DNA of 63,845 nucleotides, filler included, from Octopus bimaculoides (Eukaryota): the NCBI RefSeq assembly GCF_001194135.2. It is 7 parts of 7 records of this genome, joined end to end, with 100 filler letters (N's around TTAATTAATTAA, not from the genome) between each part and the next. Parts side by side here need not be neighbours in the genome. Positions count along the whole stretch, not along the records: positions 11,584 to 41,916 come from NC_068982.1; positions 42,017 to 45,602 come from NC_068987.1; positions 45,703 to 55,049 come from NC_069000.1; 4 more parts are not named here. One strand, 5' to 3'. The notes beneath the pieces are model-generated. The model made no database searches, was not told the DNA's origin, and saw nothing but the letters and a program-made list of their open reading frames with translations. The translations under genes were made by a program, and so were the position numbers. This document shows positions 35,037-49,530 of this stretch, in pieces. The stretch's first letter is position 1. Each line of letters opens with the position of its first letter.

Positions 35037-35619
35037 CATTATTAAAGGCTGGCAGAATTGTTAGCATGCCAGGCAAAATGATTATTGGCTTTTCATCCAT
35101 CTTTATATTCCAAGTTCAAAATCTGCTGAAGCTGTCTTGGCTCTATTTGAAGATTAACTGCCACCATCATCACTCTCCACCAAATGTAAGGACTTGTACT
35201 TATGTGAAAATCACTGTTTCAGGAAATGATTCTAATAAATCTACTGTTGGCTTGCTTTAATCCAGGCAGATAATGTCCACTGATACCAATGTATTAAAGG
35301 TACTACTAGGGAAATAAAGTTTTGTGCTAAGAAGATTATTTCCTAGATGTAGAAGGAACATAAATTAGTATCATACTCTGAGTATATATAACTCACCAAG
35401 ACTGCCTAGACTTTGCTATACAATTTTTTAAATATAAGTTCTGGTCATATGAGAAAGTCAATTCAATATTTCTTTCTTGCAAGTTTCCTACCGTATGACA
35501 ATAGAAGAAATACAAGATTATAATTTTTCTCACTATTGACCTCAATTTCATAGGCGAGCTATTTAAAAATATTTACTAATACTACATTCTGATTGACTTC
35601 ATTTTTGACCCTTATGAGC

Positions 35620-36260
35620 TGCCGTATTTCTGGATGTGTACAAAGTACTGAACTGGATTAGAAGTAAAAATATTTATTTCTAAACTTAGAGAATATAACA
35701 TCTCCTATTACTCCGAGTTTAGAAGTATTCTACAGGTTTGGCATTCAGGAGAGAGTAGTGCAGTGTCTAGGAGGAGAAATAGTAGATAGAATAAGTGAGC
35801 CTAACTTAAAAGGGTAGCGGCCATAGTTGTAGCTATGGAAGAGACAGGGAGAAAAGACAGTGCATTGATGAGTGAAGCTTTGTCAATCAGTCAGTTGAAT
35901 TACATTCTTTTGGATGGAGTCTTGGATGATAGTATGTATTATCTGCTCCATCCTACATATCTAAGCAGCTCTTAAACGCTGGTCTTATATGAACTTTGTA
36001 ATGATTCACCTGATTAGGATTGAAGTATTTCATTTTGTTAATGAGAAACCAAGTCCTTACAATGCAACCGTACCATATTATGCACTTTTATGAAAGTAGA
36101 ATAATCAAATGGTGAGGAATTTCACTCTGCTATAATGAGGTTTTTGATTTGATCCATTTGTATATCTTCATCTTTTACCAAGTCTGCTGATTGAGCCAAG
36201 CTTTATGAGTGAAACTGAGGAGACAAAAGCTGTCTGGATGCCTGTGTGATGGATTGTACT
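35620..36260 (-). mobile_element. CR1/L2-like LINE RT C-terminal fragment, old
   Basis: Hand translation DGA..DSIQKNVIQL..QSFTHQCTVFSPCLFHSYNYGRY resembles LDRIQKRA..SL.HRR.V.SL.LFYRYY.G. Confidence 0.6.
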
Positions 36261-36779
36261 TGTAATTTAAAATGTCTAGCCTTATCACATTGACTCTAAG
36301 AATTGTACTTGGGGTTTAGGTGCCTCTACCCTTAACGTACATGATAATTAAAAAATTGCATACTCATTGCTGAAACTGCCAAAGGTCCATTTTACTTTAC
36401 ACTTTACATAAGACATTTGTAGCAATTTTGAGAGTTTTTTTGAATTAGCTAATTTATTAACTTTTTAGTATGCTGCTTCATGTTTGAACATGTTACATTG
36501 CCTCTCCCCTCCCCACTCATTAAAATGATATTTGAAAACTGAAATTATATATGTATGTTTGTGTGTGTGTGTGTTATATATAAGTGTTTGTAATTAATTT
36601 TTTATAAAACCAAAACATTGCAAGTTATAAGAAATAATACAAATCAATGATTTGTACATTTATCTTGTATTTCAATATTTCCTGGTTAGGATTCCTTCTT
36701 CAGGAAATCTTTGGAGAAATGATGTTGTGGGATGACTTCTCTGTTCTGTAGTGTGCATGTGTATGAAGGGTTGTTTTGT

Positions 36780-37090
36780 GTTGCGACAGTAGCCAATCAG
36801 CTGTGTGCAGTTTAGTTCTGTTATTAACATATGGGTTGGTTTTGCTAATTAAGATAGCTTCTTTTATTCTCAAGTTCCCACTGTTTCGTTCTGTAGCTTC
36901 ATTGGAAACCTGGATTGTTTTAGTGTGTTTGATGACAGAAGCATTAACATAGAGGTTTTCTTTAACCCATATGTCTAATGGCACTTCCAATGTAGAAGTT
37001 ATTACATTTGTTACATGTGATTTTATACACCATGCAGGACTGCAGACATATATTTTCATTATTGATTGGAATGAGAAATGTACATATGTC
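36780..37090 (-). mobile_element. GIY-YIG-like C-terminal remnant (PLE)
   Basis: LRIKEAILISKTNPYVN in ORF 36700-37092 resembles the R..KEA..I....P..N terminus. Confidence 0.4.
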
Positions 37091-37974
37091 ATTGTTTTGT
37101 CTTGGCCTATTTTTAGTTAAGACCCTCCCGAGGAAGGGTTCAAAGTGTACTAGTCATATATTCACTCCCTCAACAGATTGCAACATTTACTTTTTCGCTA
37201 AAATGTAGCAGTTTTAAAAGACACGCCATCTTCGGATGTGTGGGTTTTGTGAAAGAGTATGGAAAGCCATTCTCCCTTAGGATTTTCTGGAAATGTGTGG
37301 TGTTGGTCACTCTGTCTCCTGCTTTGTTGCATTTACTGCTTATCCTAACATGTAGATCATTTTAGCTCTGATGAGCAAGGATAAATTACAATGCACAAAT
37401 GGGCCCTTAGGTCACTTTGTAATCCCTGTTGATTAAAAATTACACACACACACACTTATATTTTTGGTTCTATTTATACTGTTTGTACCACCAAACACAC
37501 ACACACACACACACATACTTATGTTTTGGCTCTATTTATACAATTTGTACCACCAAATACACACACATATTCGCACGCTCACACACACAGACACTTACAT
37601 ATAAGGGTTGTATCAAAAGTAATGAAAAAGTAGATTAAAAAAAAAAAATTAACTGACACAGGCATTCAAATTGCACATGCTGGTATAGTAACTCTTTCTC
37701 CATGAGAGGTACTACTCAAGTCTCCTTCACAAGCATCTTTGATCACAACTTTCAAATCCTTTTCGAAAAATTCAGATGTACACTGTTGTACCCACTTCTT
37801 CCCTGCCACCTTCACTTTATGTGTGTCATCAGATCGTCATCGTTGAAGATGGTCCTTCATTGAATAGAACACGTGGAAATTGGAGGACATCAAATAGAAG
37901 ACCACTGACCTGCCCAATTCGCAGATTGCCTGATTTGTTGTCAAAGATGTGTGTGATCACGCAGTCTTGTAGTA

Positions 37975-38510
37975 AATGTAAGCCTATAAGCATTATAAAC
38001 TTTTCAACAACTACAAACGTCAAGGTTAGTTACTCCTGCTTAGAAACATCAGTTCTAACATCATACGCTACAATAAACATAAACACACAACACAGCCTCT
38101 TATACAAATTTGAACCTGCATCTTTCGAAATTCTACCAACTATCCAGTGGGAAGCTCCTGCCTCTCAAGGGCTGTGGTCTCTGGAGTCACCCTCACACAA
38201 TCTGATGACATTACAAGACAATACGTGGGCACAGCATTCATTACCTTCAAGGGAAAATATACATATCATCTGCACTCTTTTGGATGCAAGGATAGGATAA
38301 AGTCAACCTCCCTGTCCTATTTTATCCGAAAACTCCATGACCACCGGAACAACTTCCCCAACATCGAATGGAGTATCATTTACAGGATCACTCCATACTC
38401 ATGTCGAGTTCGTTGTTGTCAGCTCTACCTCCTTGAGAGATTATACATAATCCACCACCCTGCAGTATTCATCAACAAGAAAAAGGGACTATCTTGTTGA
38501 CATGAAAGAT
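37975..38510 (+). mobile_element. PLE GIY-YIG domain (type with CNCR..CPL.G.CL and STxLS..IW motifs), frameshifted
   Basis: KVSYSCL; GSSCLSRAVV..RQYVGTAFITFKGKYTYHLHSF..KSTSLSYFIRKL..IEWSII..CQLYLLERLYI. Confidence 0.75.
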
Positions 38511-39550
38511 AAAGAACTTCAAACCACAGGCCCCTGACAATCCAGATGTACCACCTTAGGCTTGCCTGCTCCATACTGAAGAGCACAGCACTTAACTTCT
38601 GGTGTCTGTATAGACTACAGCCATACTAACAGTCCAACTTAGCACCACCATATCTGGTTACTCCCAAGGAGATGCTGTTACCACCATAGTGTTAGTAGTC
38701 CTCCACTAACCTACAACAACATCCTATCCTGCCATGTGTAGCAGCAAATACAACGATTAGATGTTTGCTTAATAAACAATATTGCAGCTTCCAGGCTTAG
38801 TGACGACAGCTACCTATCAACACCCTGTTCAACCATATTGATATGAGAACAAAGATAAGAACTGATGTTGCTTCGGAACCAATAACACCACTTGATCTGA
38901 GTTGATTATTAGAAGTCTAACATAAAGAAACTATCTCGAATTTGTCTCATTTTCTGTTACTTTATCTCTAACTGCCTGACGAGCTAGGTTTGTTCTATAA
39001 GTCCACAAAACTTTAAGGTGCATAGAGTCAAGTCAAACTGTTATTAAATAATACAGAGAGGGAAATACCCCAGGAGAGCACTCTACTAAATGCAACTATA
39101 GCTAGGCCTAGCATTTGTAATATAGTGAGTTGAAAATCTTCGATTAACTGGGATGGAAACTCTACTCTCGCACAGGAGTAGTTAATCTCAAGAAATAAGC
39201 AAGGGAGATAACTCCAATAAAATTAATTGAAATCTTTGGAAAATATAGAAAATGCAGAATAAGTGTAGATTTAGCCTTTAAGCTTTCAACTGGTTGAAAG
39301 GAGTTATCTCCCTCGTCTGTTGTTTTTAGATTTTAAACCTTAAAGATTTTGCTTGCTACTTCTTTGGATAATATCAGTTAATCGAAGTTTTTCATCTCAC
39401 TATATTATATATGTGAGACTAACTCGTATGTGTATTTAGTATGCATACCACTCTGTTGAAGTATTTTGTTTCGGTCATATCGTTGACATTCATAATCAGC
39501 ACCATTACACTCCATCATACAGAAGCACACACATACGACCACGTATGCAT

Positions 39551-39618
<68 letters not shown>

Positions 39619-39899
39619 CGTTGTATGCTACCTCATCATAAAACCTTGTTATAACGAAGTCTAGTATCACAATTTAACAGCCAAAGTCCCCATGAGGAGT
39701 TGTTCCATTTCTTTATAAAAGCGTAGAAAAGTAAGTAATCAGTTAGTCACATATGGCTTTCTTTTGCTTTCGGGAGTGCTTGATCGTGCTGCGTCGTATC
39801 ACTTGTTAGAGCCTACTTCTGATAATAAATGACAAAAATTAATTCTGCAATCCTGTTAGCTTATCATGTCACATAAGCATAAAACAATATTATTAGATA

Positions 39900-40190
39900 A
39901 CAAAAGAATTAAATAGAGAATAAGATGTGGGATCATTAGGACTTCCACTGTCAACTTGAAAAGCCATACGTAATAGATTAATCTGACAACAAAGTTATGA
40001 TGCAAATTACGAGCAAAACGCTTGTAACTAGCACGGATACGTAGTATAATCATGAAAAATATAGAAAAAATGTTAATTGTTCGGGTAGATGATATGTCAT
40101 AGCACCGATCGCCACTCTCCAAAGCCATAATACAGCAAAAGGCAATGAAACAAAAAGAAGCTGAAGATGTCACATTTATTGCTTTTTGTA
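39900..40190 (+). mobile_element. Tigger/pogo-like transposase N-terminal (CENP-B HTH) fragment
   Basis: Hand translation RIRSIIMKNIEKMLIVRVDDMS*HRSPLSKAIIQQKAM resembles Tigger1 [37 protein letters not shown]. Confidence 0.6.
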
Positions 40191-40284
40191 GACCAGTCTA
40201 ATTTCCGTAGCGTTTGGAAAACAAGAGAATCAGTTTAGCGCTGACAGCCAGAACGCGCGAATGAATACAAACTTCCCCATGTGT

Positions 40285-41330
40285 ATTGCTCTTACGAAAA
40301 GGCCTTCGATAATGTCGAGATGAATTGCAGTGTTGAAGTCTCTAGAAATGCAAAGTATCGAGGCGCAATACATCAAACTGCAAAATACATATCGCTCTGC
40401 TATCACCACCAGTTCTAACTGTGAAGGATGTCACGTAAGGAGTTCCCATCTCTCCAAAACATTTACCGCATGTCTAGAAATGGTCATCAAAGACATTGAC
40501 TGGACAGGTGGTATGAACATCAATGGCAAGCAACATCTCTGATTTGCAGATGACATTGTACTCATTGATGAAACTACAGATCGGCTGCAGACCATATTAA
40601 CAGAGCTGAGCACTTAGAGCTTAGTAGTAGGTTTAGTATGAACCGCATGGAAACAAAATATATGCGGTTGGAAGATGCAAGGTCGAATAGAGGTGGGAAG
40701 CGATTAAATCGAGGAGTATATCTACTTAGGGCACAAAGTGAATATGAGTTGAGATATGGATGCTGAAATCTCAAAGAGAAAAAGAGTAGGATGGAAGACA
40801 TTTAACTTAACAAATGATGTACTTCAAATAAAACTAAACTGGTATACGTGCCAGACTTTTCAATAACATCGTCTTACCTGCGCTGTTATATGCAAGTGGG
40901 CTACTACGAAGAGGATAGAACATCGATTGGCTATGAGGCAAAGGATCATGGGAAGATCCATGCTATGAATATCATTACGAGAGAATATTCAAACCGACGA
41001 AAGAACATCGATTGGCTACGACATAAAGGTTCATGGGAAGATCCATGTTCGGAATATCATTAAGGGAGCATATTCAGAGTTGAGTGAACGATTTGATTGC
41101 AGAGTACCGAAATCACAAGTTCTGCTGGGCCAGACATGTTGCAAGGTTCATAGACAACAGCTGGATCCGTGCAGTTGCCAAGTGGTATCCAAGAGATCAG
41201 AAAAGACCACTTGGAATGTCCTCCACGACGACGGGAAGACGATTTAGTCAGACAAAGATGGAAAAGAATGGTGCAATGGAGACAATTGGAAGCTCATTGT
41301 AACCAGTGATGTATAACAGTGTCTGATGGT
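40285..41330 (+). mobile_element. RTE-clade LINE RT fragment, degenerate and internally deleted
   Basis: YEKAFDNVE, SKTFTACLE, GMNINGK.HL*FADDIVL, YIYLG, KFCWARHVAR..WIRAVAKWYPR..KRPLG. Confidence 0.8.
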
Positions 41331-41873
41331 CTGGTCGATGTTGTGGCATATATATATATATATGTGTGTGCGTTAAAATGGTACAATATAACGGTTATTC
41401 TGTTCAATTGTCCAAACATACCAGATACTGTCCGCTCTTTACATCATACGCTGTGCTTGTGAATGTACTTAAATCTTAGCCGTTTGAATTATATTACACG
41501 CATACACACACATTCGGGCGCGCATGCGCATGTGTGGTGGCAGGTCTCTGCTTAAATTCGAAACCAGGTTTCATTAATCACAGCAAGGAAAGTCGTTGCT
41601 TAAGAATTAGCTAACCTTGATATAAGCTCCTTCATAAAATCAGAAAATACAGTGCAGAAAGGGACGCAGCCAACCGTTTGTCGGTCTTTAATCGACTATC
41701 AGCTGACTGTTTTCACAGCTAGATTCATCAGAATTGAATTTCTGGAACATTAGCTATCTTAACGAGATTACTAGCATGAAACTAAAAATTAGGGCGATGA
41801 CATTCGTATATTTCACTCACATTAATCTCTCCTATTTTCTCTGTTATTCCGATTATATATATATATATAATCG

Positions 41874-41916
<43 letters not shown>

Positions 41917-42064
41917 NNNNNNNNNNNNNNNNNNNNNNNNNNNNNNNNNNNNNNNNNNNNTTAATTAATTAANNNNNNNNNNNNNNNNNNNNNNNNNNNN
42001 NNNNNNNNNNNNNNNNATATATATATATATATATATATATAAACATGTATAAACATGTATAAAT

Positions 42065-42230
42065 ATGTAGTGGATGTGTGGCAAAGTAGCTTGCTTCTCA
42101 ACCACATGGTTCTGGGTTCAGTCCCACTACGTGGCACCTTCGGCAGGTGTCTTCTACTATAGCCTCGGGCCGACCAAAGCCTTGTGAGTGAATTTGGTTG
42201 ACGGAAACTGAAAGAAGCCCGGCGTATATA
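42065..42230 (+). mobile_element. Head module of the composite SINE; others at about 45705-45840 (-) and 52745-52880 (+)
   Basis: gtgtggcaaagtagcttgc..gggttcagtcccac..ggcaccttcggcaggtgtcttctactatagcctcgggccgaccaaagccttgtgagtg. Confidence 0.8.
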
Positions 42231-42249
42231 TATATGATGATGACGATGT

Positions 42250-42280
<31 letters not shown>

Positions 42281-42290
42281 NNNNNNNNNN

Positions 42291-42337
<47 letters not shown>

Positions 42338-43419
42338 GACCAGGTAATCTACATGCTAAACGGATATAATTGCAGTTGAATAAACAGAGTGTAGTTCAAT
42401 AAGTCAGTAACCACCATTTTCACTTAGCATTTGCTGCAACCTCAGAATGGTGAATGAGAAGAGATTCTTGGTATCAATTCAATTTGACAACATCCTGTAT
42501 CTTTCAGCTGATGCTGCTGTTATATATTGATACTAATAACAGATTTCATTTGATTATGGCAATCTCGTTTCAAAAGTCTCACTCAAACTCGAGTACAAGT
42601 GAGGCAATAGTGTTCACTTGATTATAAATTCTTTCAACCACGTGTGTTGAATGCCATCACTCTCGTCTCTACCAATGTATCTGATTGTGGTCTTTTATGC
42701 TGGTTCTCTCGTTTTATCAGGATGTATTCAAACTTGAAATTCTAACTAGATTTACCGTCTTTAATATCGTGGTTTAATAATAGCAAATCCGTTGCATCAA
42801 TTTAGAGGTCAACACAGATTGTTTTTACTGCTGCACATCATTCCCTCCTAAGGACTTTGATGTCAGCAATGGACAGAAATTGTCTGACAAGCATCAATTC
42901 CTTAAAGTCGAAATCCTTACTTTTCTTTTGGCTTATTTTGGTTATCGTAGGTATAAATGCTAATCAGAAAAAATTATTAGAAACAGGAAAATGATGACAT
43001 GGAGGTCGTCGTCGTCGTCGTCATCGTTATCACCACTGCCACCGCCATCGTGTTTGCTGTCGTCATCATAATCGTCTCAAGCTTGCATGGCTGGGATGAA
43101 ATTTTGTCGAGGCAGATTTTTCTATAGCCGGATGCCCTTCCTGTTGCCAACCCTCACCAGTTTCCAAGCAAGGGGATGTTCTTCCCATGACCAGATACAT
43201 TTCCATGGAATATTCTAAATGGAAACCACCATTCGTATTAACAGTGACCCTCACTTACAACTAGTCATGTTAACCCTTTGTCTGTCCTTTGTATCACACT
43301 TGAAATACAGGACATATTACCTTGGCCTCCATGCATTATATATAATACATATCCTGCATGGGGAGTCAGTACCATTTTTCTATTATTCCATGTTGGTAGA
43401 GTTTTTGGAATTTTATTAT

Positions 43420-43431
43420 TATCAAAAGAAA

Positions 43432-43466
<35 letters not shown>

Positions 43467-43568
43467 TAGCCTTATTTATATCACTAAGGTATATTTATAT
43501 AACTATAGTAACACCTCTTACTTTTCAACGAGCACCTTCTGGAGTATTCAGACGGCTCCAAGCAGTGC

Positions 43569-43616
<48 letters not shown>

Positions 43617-43701
43617 TATTATAACTATTGTTGTTGTTGTTGTTGTTATCATTATTATTACTGTTATTGTTGTTGTTGTTATCATCATCATCATCATCAT
43701 C

Positions 43702-43751
<50 letters not shown>

Positions 43752-44538
43752 TAGTAGTAGTGGTAGTAGTAGTAGTATGTTTATTATTAATATTACTCTT
43801 ATTATTATGGTAGGCTAGCAGAAGCATTAGCCAACCAGGGGAAATGCTTGGTAGCATTTCGTCCACCCTTATGTTCCGAGTTCAAATTCCACTAGAGTCG
43901 ACTTTGCCTTTCATCCTTTCAAGATCGATAACATAAGTACCAATCATGTACTGGGGGGAAGGTCAATGTAATTGACTTACCCCCTCGCACCAAAATTGCT
44001 GTCCTTATGTCAAAATTTGAAAGCAATATTACTTGTGTAATTCACAAGAATTCTTTTTCTGTTAAATGTGCAAGGCTGAAATTAGAGTACGTCTAATATG
44101 GCCATGTGTCCCTTACGCCATTAAAAATACAGTACCCGTTATATACTTGGGCTGGGTGGAATCTCCCATTTCAACTCAATGGCAAAAAATTGTATTTTAG
44201 ATACAACCAGTCAAATGAGATTATGATCAATGGTAATGGTCACCACTGCCACCATCGACCTCATCATCATCATTATCATCATCAGAATCAGAATCAGAAG
44301 TAGCAGCAGCAGCAACAGCAGCAGCAGCAAAATTATCCTCATCATTGTCATTGTCGTCATCGTTGCTGTCGTTGTCATCATCAACATTATCATCATCGTT
44401 ATCATCATTGTCTTCATTAATATCGTCATCATTATCACATTGCCATCATCGTCATCATTAACCTCATCATCATCATCATCATCGTCATCATCATGATCAT
44501 CATCTTCATCATTATCATCAGCATCGTCGTCGTCGTCG

Positions 44539-44574
<36 letters not shown>

Positions 44575-44864
44575 CCATCGTCATCGTCGTCATCATCATC
44601 ATCATCATCGTCATCATCATCATCATCTTCATCATCATCATCATCGTCGTCGTCGTCGTCATNNNNNNNNNNATTATCACATTGCCATTGTAGTCATCAT
44701 CATCATCACCATCATCATCTTCATCATCATCATAATCATCATCATCATCATTGTCGTCTTCATCATCATCATCATCACTATCATCATCATCGTCCTCCTC
44801 CTCCTCATCATCATGATCACCGTCATCATCATCATTGTCGTCATCATCATCATCATCGTCGTCG

Positions 44865-44913
<49 letters not shown>

Positions 44914-45156
44914 TATCATCATCATCATCATTGTCTTCATCATCATCGTCGTNNNNNNNNNNTCACCACCATCATCATCATCATCATCATCACCATCACC
45001 ATCATCACCACCATCATCATCACCATCATCATCATCTTCATCATCATCATCACCATCATCACCATCATCATCACCATCATCACCATCCCTACCATCGTCA
45101 TCACTATTATCGTTGCCACATTTGACATAATTGTTATTATCACTGTTACCACCACC

Positions 45157-45204
<48 letters not shown>

Positions 45205-45240
45205 AGCAGTAGTAGTACTAACTATCTCATCAGCATCCTC
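43420..45240. repeat. Compound trinucleotide microsatellite field: (TTA)n, (TTG)n, (AGT)n and a long (CAT)n/(CGT)n array with small gaps
   Basis: Seen directly. Confidence 0.95.
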
Positions 45241-45469
45241 ATCATTTCAATTCATTTAAAGTCTATCTTTTTATATGCTTGCAGGAATATATTCTGGTTT
45301 ATCCAACCAAAATTATCGCCATGGCAACTGTATCGAGAAATAATAACAGAATGTACATCAGAGCAGAACTAAACATGACAATTGTCCATATATGCGTATT
45401 CAAATAGAGATAGGCCTACTGCAAATGTGTGTGTGTGTGTATACACAGATATATTGTGTGTATATATAA

Positions 45470-45520
<51 letters not shown>

Positions 45521-45552
45521 CACATACATACATACAGATTTATATACATGTA

Positions 45553-45583
<31 letters not shown>

Positions 45584-47072
45584 GTATATATATTCTTTTA
45601 TTNNNNNNNNNNNNNNNNNNNNNNNNNNNNNNNNNNNNNNNNNNNNTTAATTAATTAANNNNNNNNNNNNNNNNNNNNNNNNNNNNNNNNNNNNNNNNNN
45701 NNGGCCACCAAATTCACCGACAAGGCATAAATCGTCCCGGGGCTATAACAGAAAACACTCGCTAGTAGAGAATACTTGCCGAGGTGTTGTGCAGTGGGAT
45801 TGCATCCAAAACCTCGTGGTTGCAAAAGCAAGCTTCGTACCCCACCTCTCTTCCCCCCCCCACCACATGCATTCCTATATTTCCAATGGAAGCCATATCA
45901 CGACTTTGGTCTAAATGGGTCGAATTCGTAGCTCGTTTCTGTGCTTATTGATTACAAAATACCATTCATCTGTGTAGCTGATAAAAAAAAATCTCACCCG
46001 CTTTTGTTTTTGTTGTTGTTGTTGTTGTTGTTAAGGTAGATTCCAATACTGACCATGTGACCCACTCTGAAAAGAAACGCGTTCCAGATCAAGCCATCCT
46101 ATCTAGAATAGTCGTAGTTGTTTCTCAAATTACATTTTCAAACAAGCGCCTTCTCTTTTTACAGGACGATAAATTGTGTGATTTGAGCATGATTTAGTTG
46201 TTATTTCTTGTACATCGAGCGACCTTGTAGAGGCTTCTGTCTGTCTCTGTCTGTCTGTCTGTCTGTCTGTCTAAAAAAAAAAAAAGATATCTGTCTGTCT
46301 ATCTGTCTGTCTGTTACTGTTATTTAAACACTGGTCAACACGACGATCACACAAATCTATGGCTCAACAGCATTTCAACGATGACTGCACCTCCTGCAGT
46401 TGCCCATCCCTCACCCACCCACCTGAGGGTCAGGGCGCACGGTCTCGGGGTCCCAGGGCTAAACTATGTCGTAGTTCTATACGTTTGGGGTCCCAGTACG
46501 CTGCTCTGCCCGGACACACCACAATACTGTTAAAAGGGACCCCATAACAGCAAGCTATATTATCCTTGCGCATTTCCTTATTTTTAGAGGTAGGGACTGT
46601 TTTACAGAATACACAACTGCTCTTTCTAGCAGGCTGATTGACCTCAACTCATCAGATGTTGATGATGATGACGATGGCTGTTATTGTTGTTATTGTTGTT
46701 GCTGTTATCGTTTAACCAAAGGAGCAAGTTTGAAAGAGATCTTGCAACCAGTTCAAGAAGATACTATAGCGACTGCAGCGAGAGCCCTGCGTTGTGTTGT
46801 TGTTGTTGTTATGGTTAGCAGAGGTAATAGTAGTATTTGGGAGGGAGGTAGTAGTGGTGGTGGTGGTGGTGGTGGTCGTGGTGGTAGTGGTAGTGGTAGT
46901 AGTGATTGTACTCTTATCTGAAATGAGTCGATATCGTAAAGATATGTCGATAATAATGGTACCATATTGTGGCCTAGATACAATATTACTTGAGAATGTC
47001 AGCCAGCCTGTCTATACGTCTGTCTGCTTGTCCGTCCGTCCGTCTGTCTGTTTATTTCTCTCTCTCTCCCCC

Positions 47073-47104
<32 letters not shown>

Positions 47105-48009
47105 CTGCCTGTCTGCCTGTATGTTTTTCACTCTGTGTCTGTCTGTCTGTATATATGTATATATGTATGTGTGTATGTATGTATGTATGTATGTATGTAT
47201 ATGTGTATGTATGTGTGTATGTATGTATGTATGTATATGTGTGTGTGTGTATGTATGTATGCACATACGTGAATGTGTGTCAGTGTATGAAACTGTGTTG
47301 TGTTGAGTATGCGCATATGTGGTCCAAACAAAGCAATTTGACGTAACGAAGCAACAGACATGAAGCCACCTGGCGGTGAATACCGATTCGCATGAATGGA
47401 TAAGTCAAAAACAAATAAACGAGTAAACAAAAATACTATATCAGCTACAAGAACGAACACATACACACACACGCACACACGCACACGTGCACACGTGCAC
47501 ACATACACTCGCACACACACATACGCACACACACACACACACACACTGACACACACTCGTATACACACACACACACACACACAACCTTCTTTGCTTCTCC
47601 CACCTGACTCTCTTCCACTCCCTATTATCTGTCCTTCCCTCTCCCTTCTCCTCACTCCTTTTGTTTCTTTCCCTCATCCTCTCTTTTGTCCCCCTTCCCC
47701 TCTACCTCTGTTACTCACACGTGACTACAGGTTATTTCTGTTGCCCCTTTCTTTTCCGGACTAGACGTTCACCGGATTGGATGTCATTTTTCTCGGCTCC
47801 CGACATTTTTTTCTTCTGCTATTTTTTCTCTCCTAATTATTCTGTTTCCTTGAAAAAATTTCTCCCGAGCGTTACCCATTACAATTCGTCTTGTCCTAAC
47901 GGCTCTTAAAGAGAGCAATCTACTGGGAGCTATGTAGGAAGCTAGGATTTGAACACGAACCTAGTGAAACACTAGAAAGTAAGAAGGACAAGATGCCGTG
48001 GGACTTTAA

Positions 48010-48430
48010 CACTCAAACTGACAGAGTAATAGAAGCAGGAAGCCTTGATTTGGTAGTAGTAGATGAAGAGAATGGAAAGTGCCAGGTAATTGACCTTACA
48101 GTCCCAGGTGATGAAGAAATTAATATATGAAGTATAGAAAAAATAACAAAGTACCAGGACTTAACTATTGAATTATAGAGACTATGAAAAGTGCGGGTAA
48201 AATGTATCTCTGTAGTTAAAGGTGCATTGGGAAATATTCCTAAAGATTTGAACAAATGGATAGAGGAAATAGGCATAAAACGCCAGTTTAGTACAGCTCC
48301 AGAAAATAGTGTTATTAAGGACAGCTACGATACATAGGAGGGTTCTTGGCATCTAAGGCCACTTGCTGTGGCCCGATGCTAGGATTCTTTTCTTTTCCAA
48401 CAGTCTAATCTGTTGAATGATTATATGAAC

Positions 48431-48477
<47 letters not shown>
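48010..48477 (+). mobile_element. R4/Dong-type LINE 3' end (RLE domain, 3' UTR, (AAT)n tail)
   Basis: Hand translation DLVVVDEENGKCQVIDLTVPGD..EKITKYQDL..VKGALGNIPKDL..GI; LQKIVLLRTA..RRVL; (AAT)n at about 48430-48477. Confidence 0.8.
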
Positions 48478-48478
<1 letters not shown>

Positions 48479-48778
48479 CCTTTCTACTAAAGGCACACAA
48501 TCGTGAGCCGAATATCCTAACCGCTAATATTACGCGCCTTCACACACACACACANNNNNNNNNNNNNNNNNNNNNNNNNNNNNNNNNNNNNNNNNNNNNN
48601 NNNNNNNNNNNNNNNNNNNNNNNNNNNNNNNNNNNNNNNNNNNNNNNNNNNNNNNNNNNNNNNNNNNNNNNNNNNNNNNNNNNNNNNNNNNNNNNNNNNN
48701 NNNNNNNNNNNNNNNNNNNNNNNNNNNNNNNNNNNNNNNNNNNNNNNNNNNNNNNNNNNNNNNNNNNNNNNNNNNNNN

Positions 48779-48815
<37 letters not shown>

Positions 48816-49185
48816 GGGGGGAGAAAGATAGAGGGGGTGTGAGAGGAGATTTATGAAGAGAGGGAGTGCGAGAGAGAGAAGATGAGAGATTAAAAGATTA
48901 AAAGATTAAAAGATTTGGTACCATCTCACGACAGCACCAAAGGATTTGTTTATCAACTCTCTCTCTTATCTGTTATCTAACTTTCCCAAGTCATTATTTC
49001 TCGGACGTTTATTATGCGAGAGCAGAGTTCAAGTATCTGCCATTACGTTATTGATTGGAAGAAAATCAGATCAAGAAAACCACTTAGGTTGATAAGCTCA
49101 TGAGATAATCTAGACGATTAGATATTACTTCCAGGTTGTCTTTCCAATGTTGACTTCGTTTATCTAATGTTTGTGTATCCTAAAG

Positions 49186-49530
49186 CGGTGAGCTGGCAGA
49201 AACGTTAGCACGCCGGACGAAATGCTTAGCGGTATTTCGTCTGTCTTTACGTTCTGAGTTCAAATTCTGCCGAGGTCGACTTTGCCTTTCAACCTTTCAG
49301 GATCGATTAAATAAGTACCAGTTACGCACTGGGGTCGATGTAATCGACTTAATCCCTTTGTCTGTCCTTGTTTGTCCCCTCTATGTTTAGCCCCTTGTGG
49401 GCAGTGAAGAAATAAGAAACGTTAGCACGCCGGACGAAATGTTTGGTATTTCGTCTGTCTTTATGTTCTGCGTTCAAATTCCGCCGAGGTCGACTTTGCC
49501 TGTCATCCTTTCGGGGTCGATAAATGAAGT
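49186..49530 (+). mobile_element. SINE family A, full copy followed directly by a head-truncated second copy
   Basis: agaaacgttagcacgccggacgaaatg occurs at about 49199 and again at 49416, right after the tail. Confidence 0.85.

Noticed and set aside
38965-39010. CTGACGAG downstream of the GIY-YIG remnant as a hammerhead
   Set aside because: No GAAA after a plausible stem II
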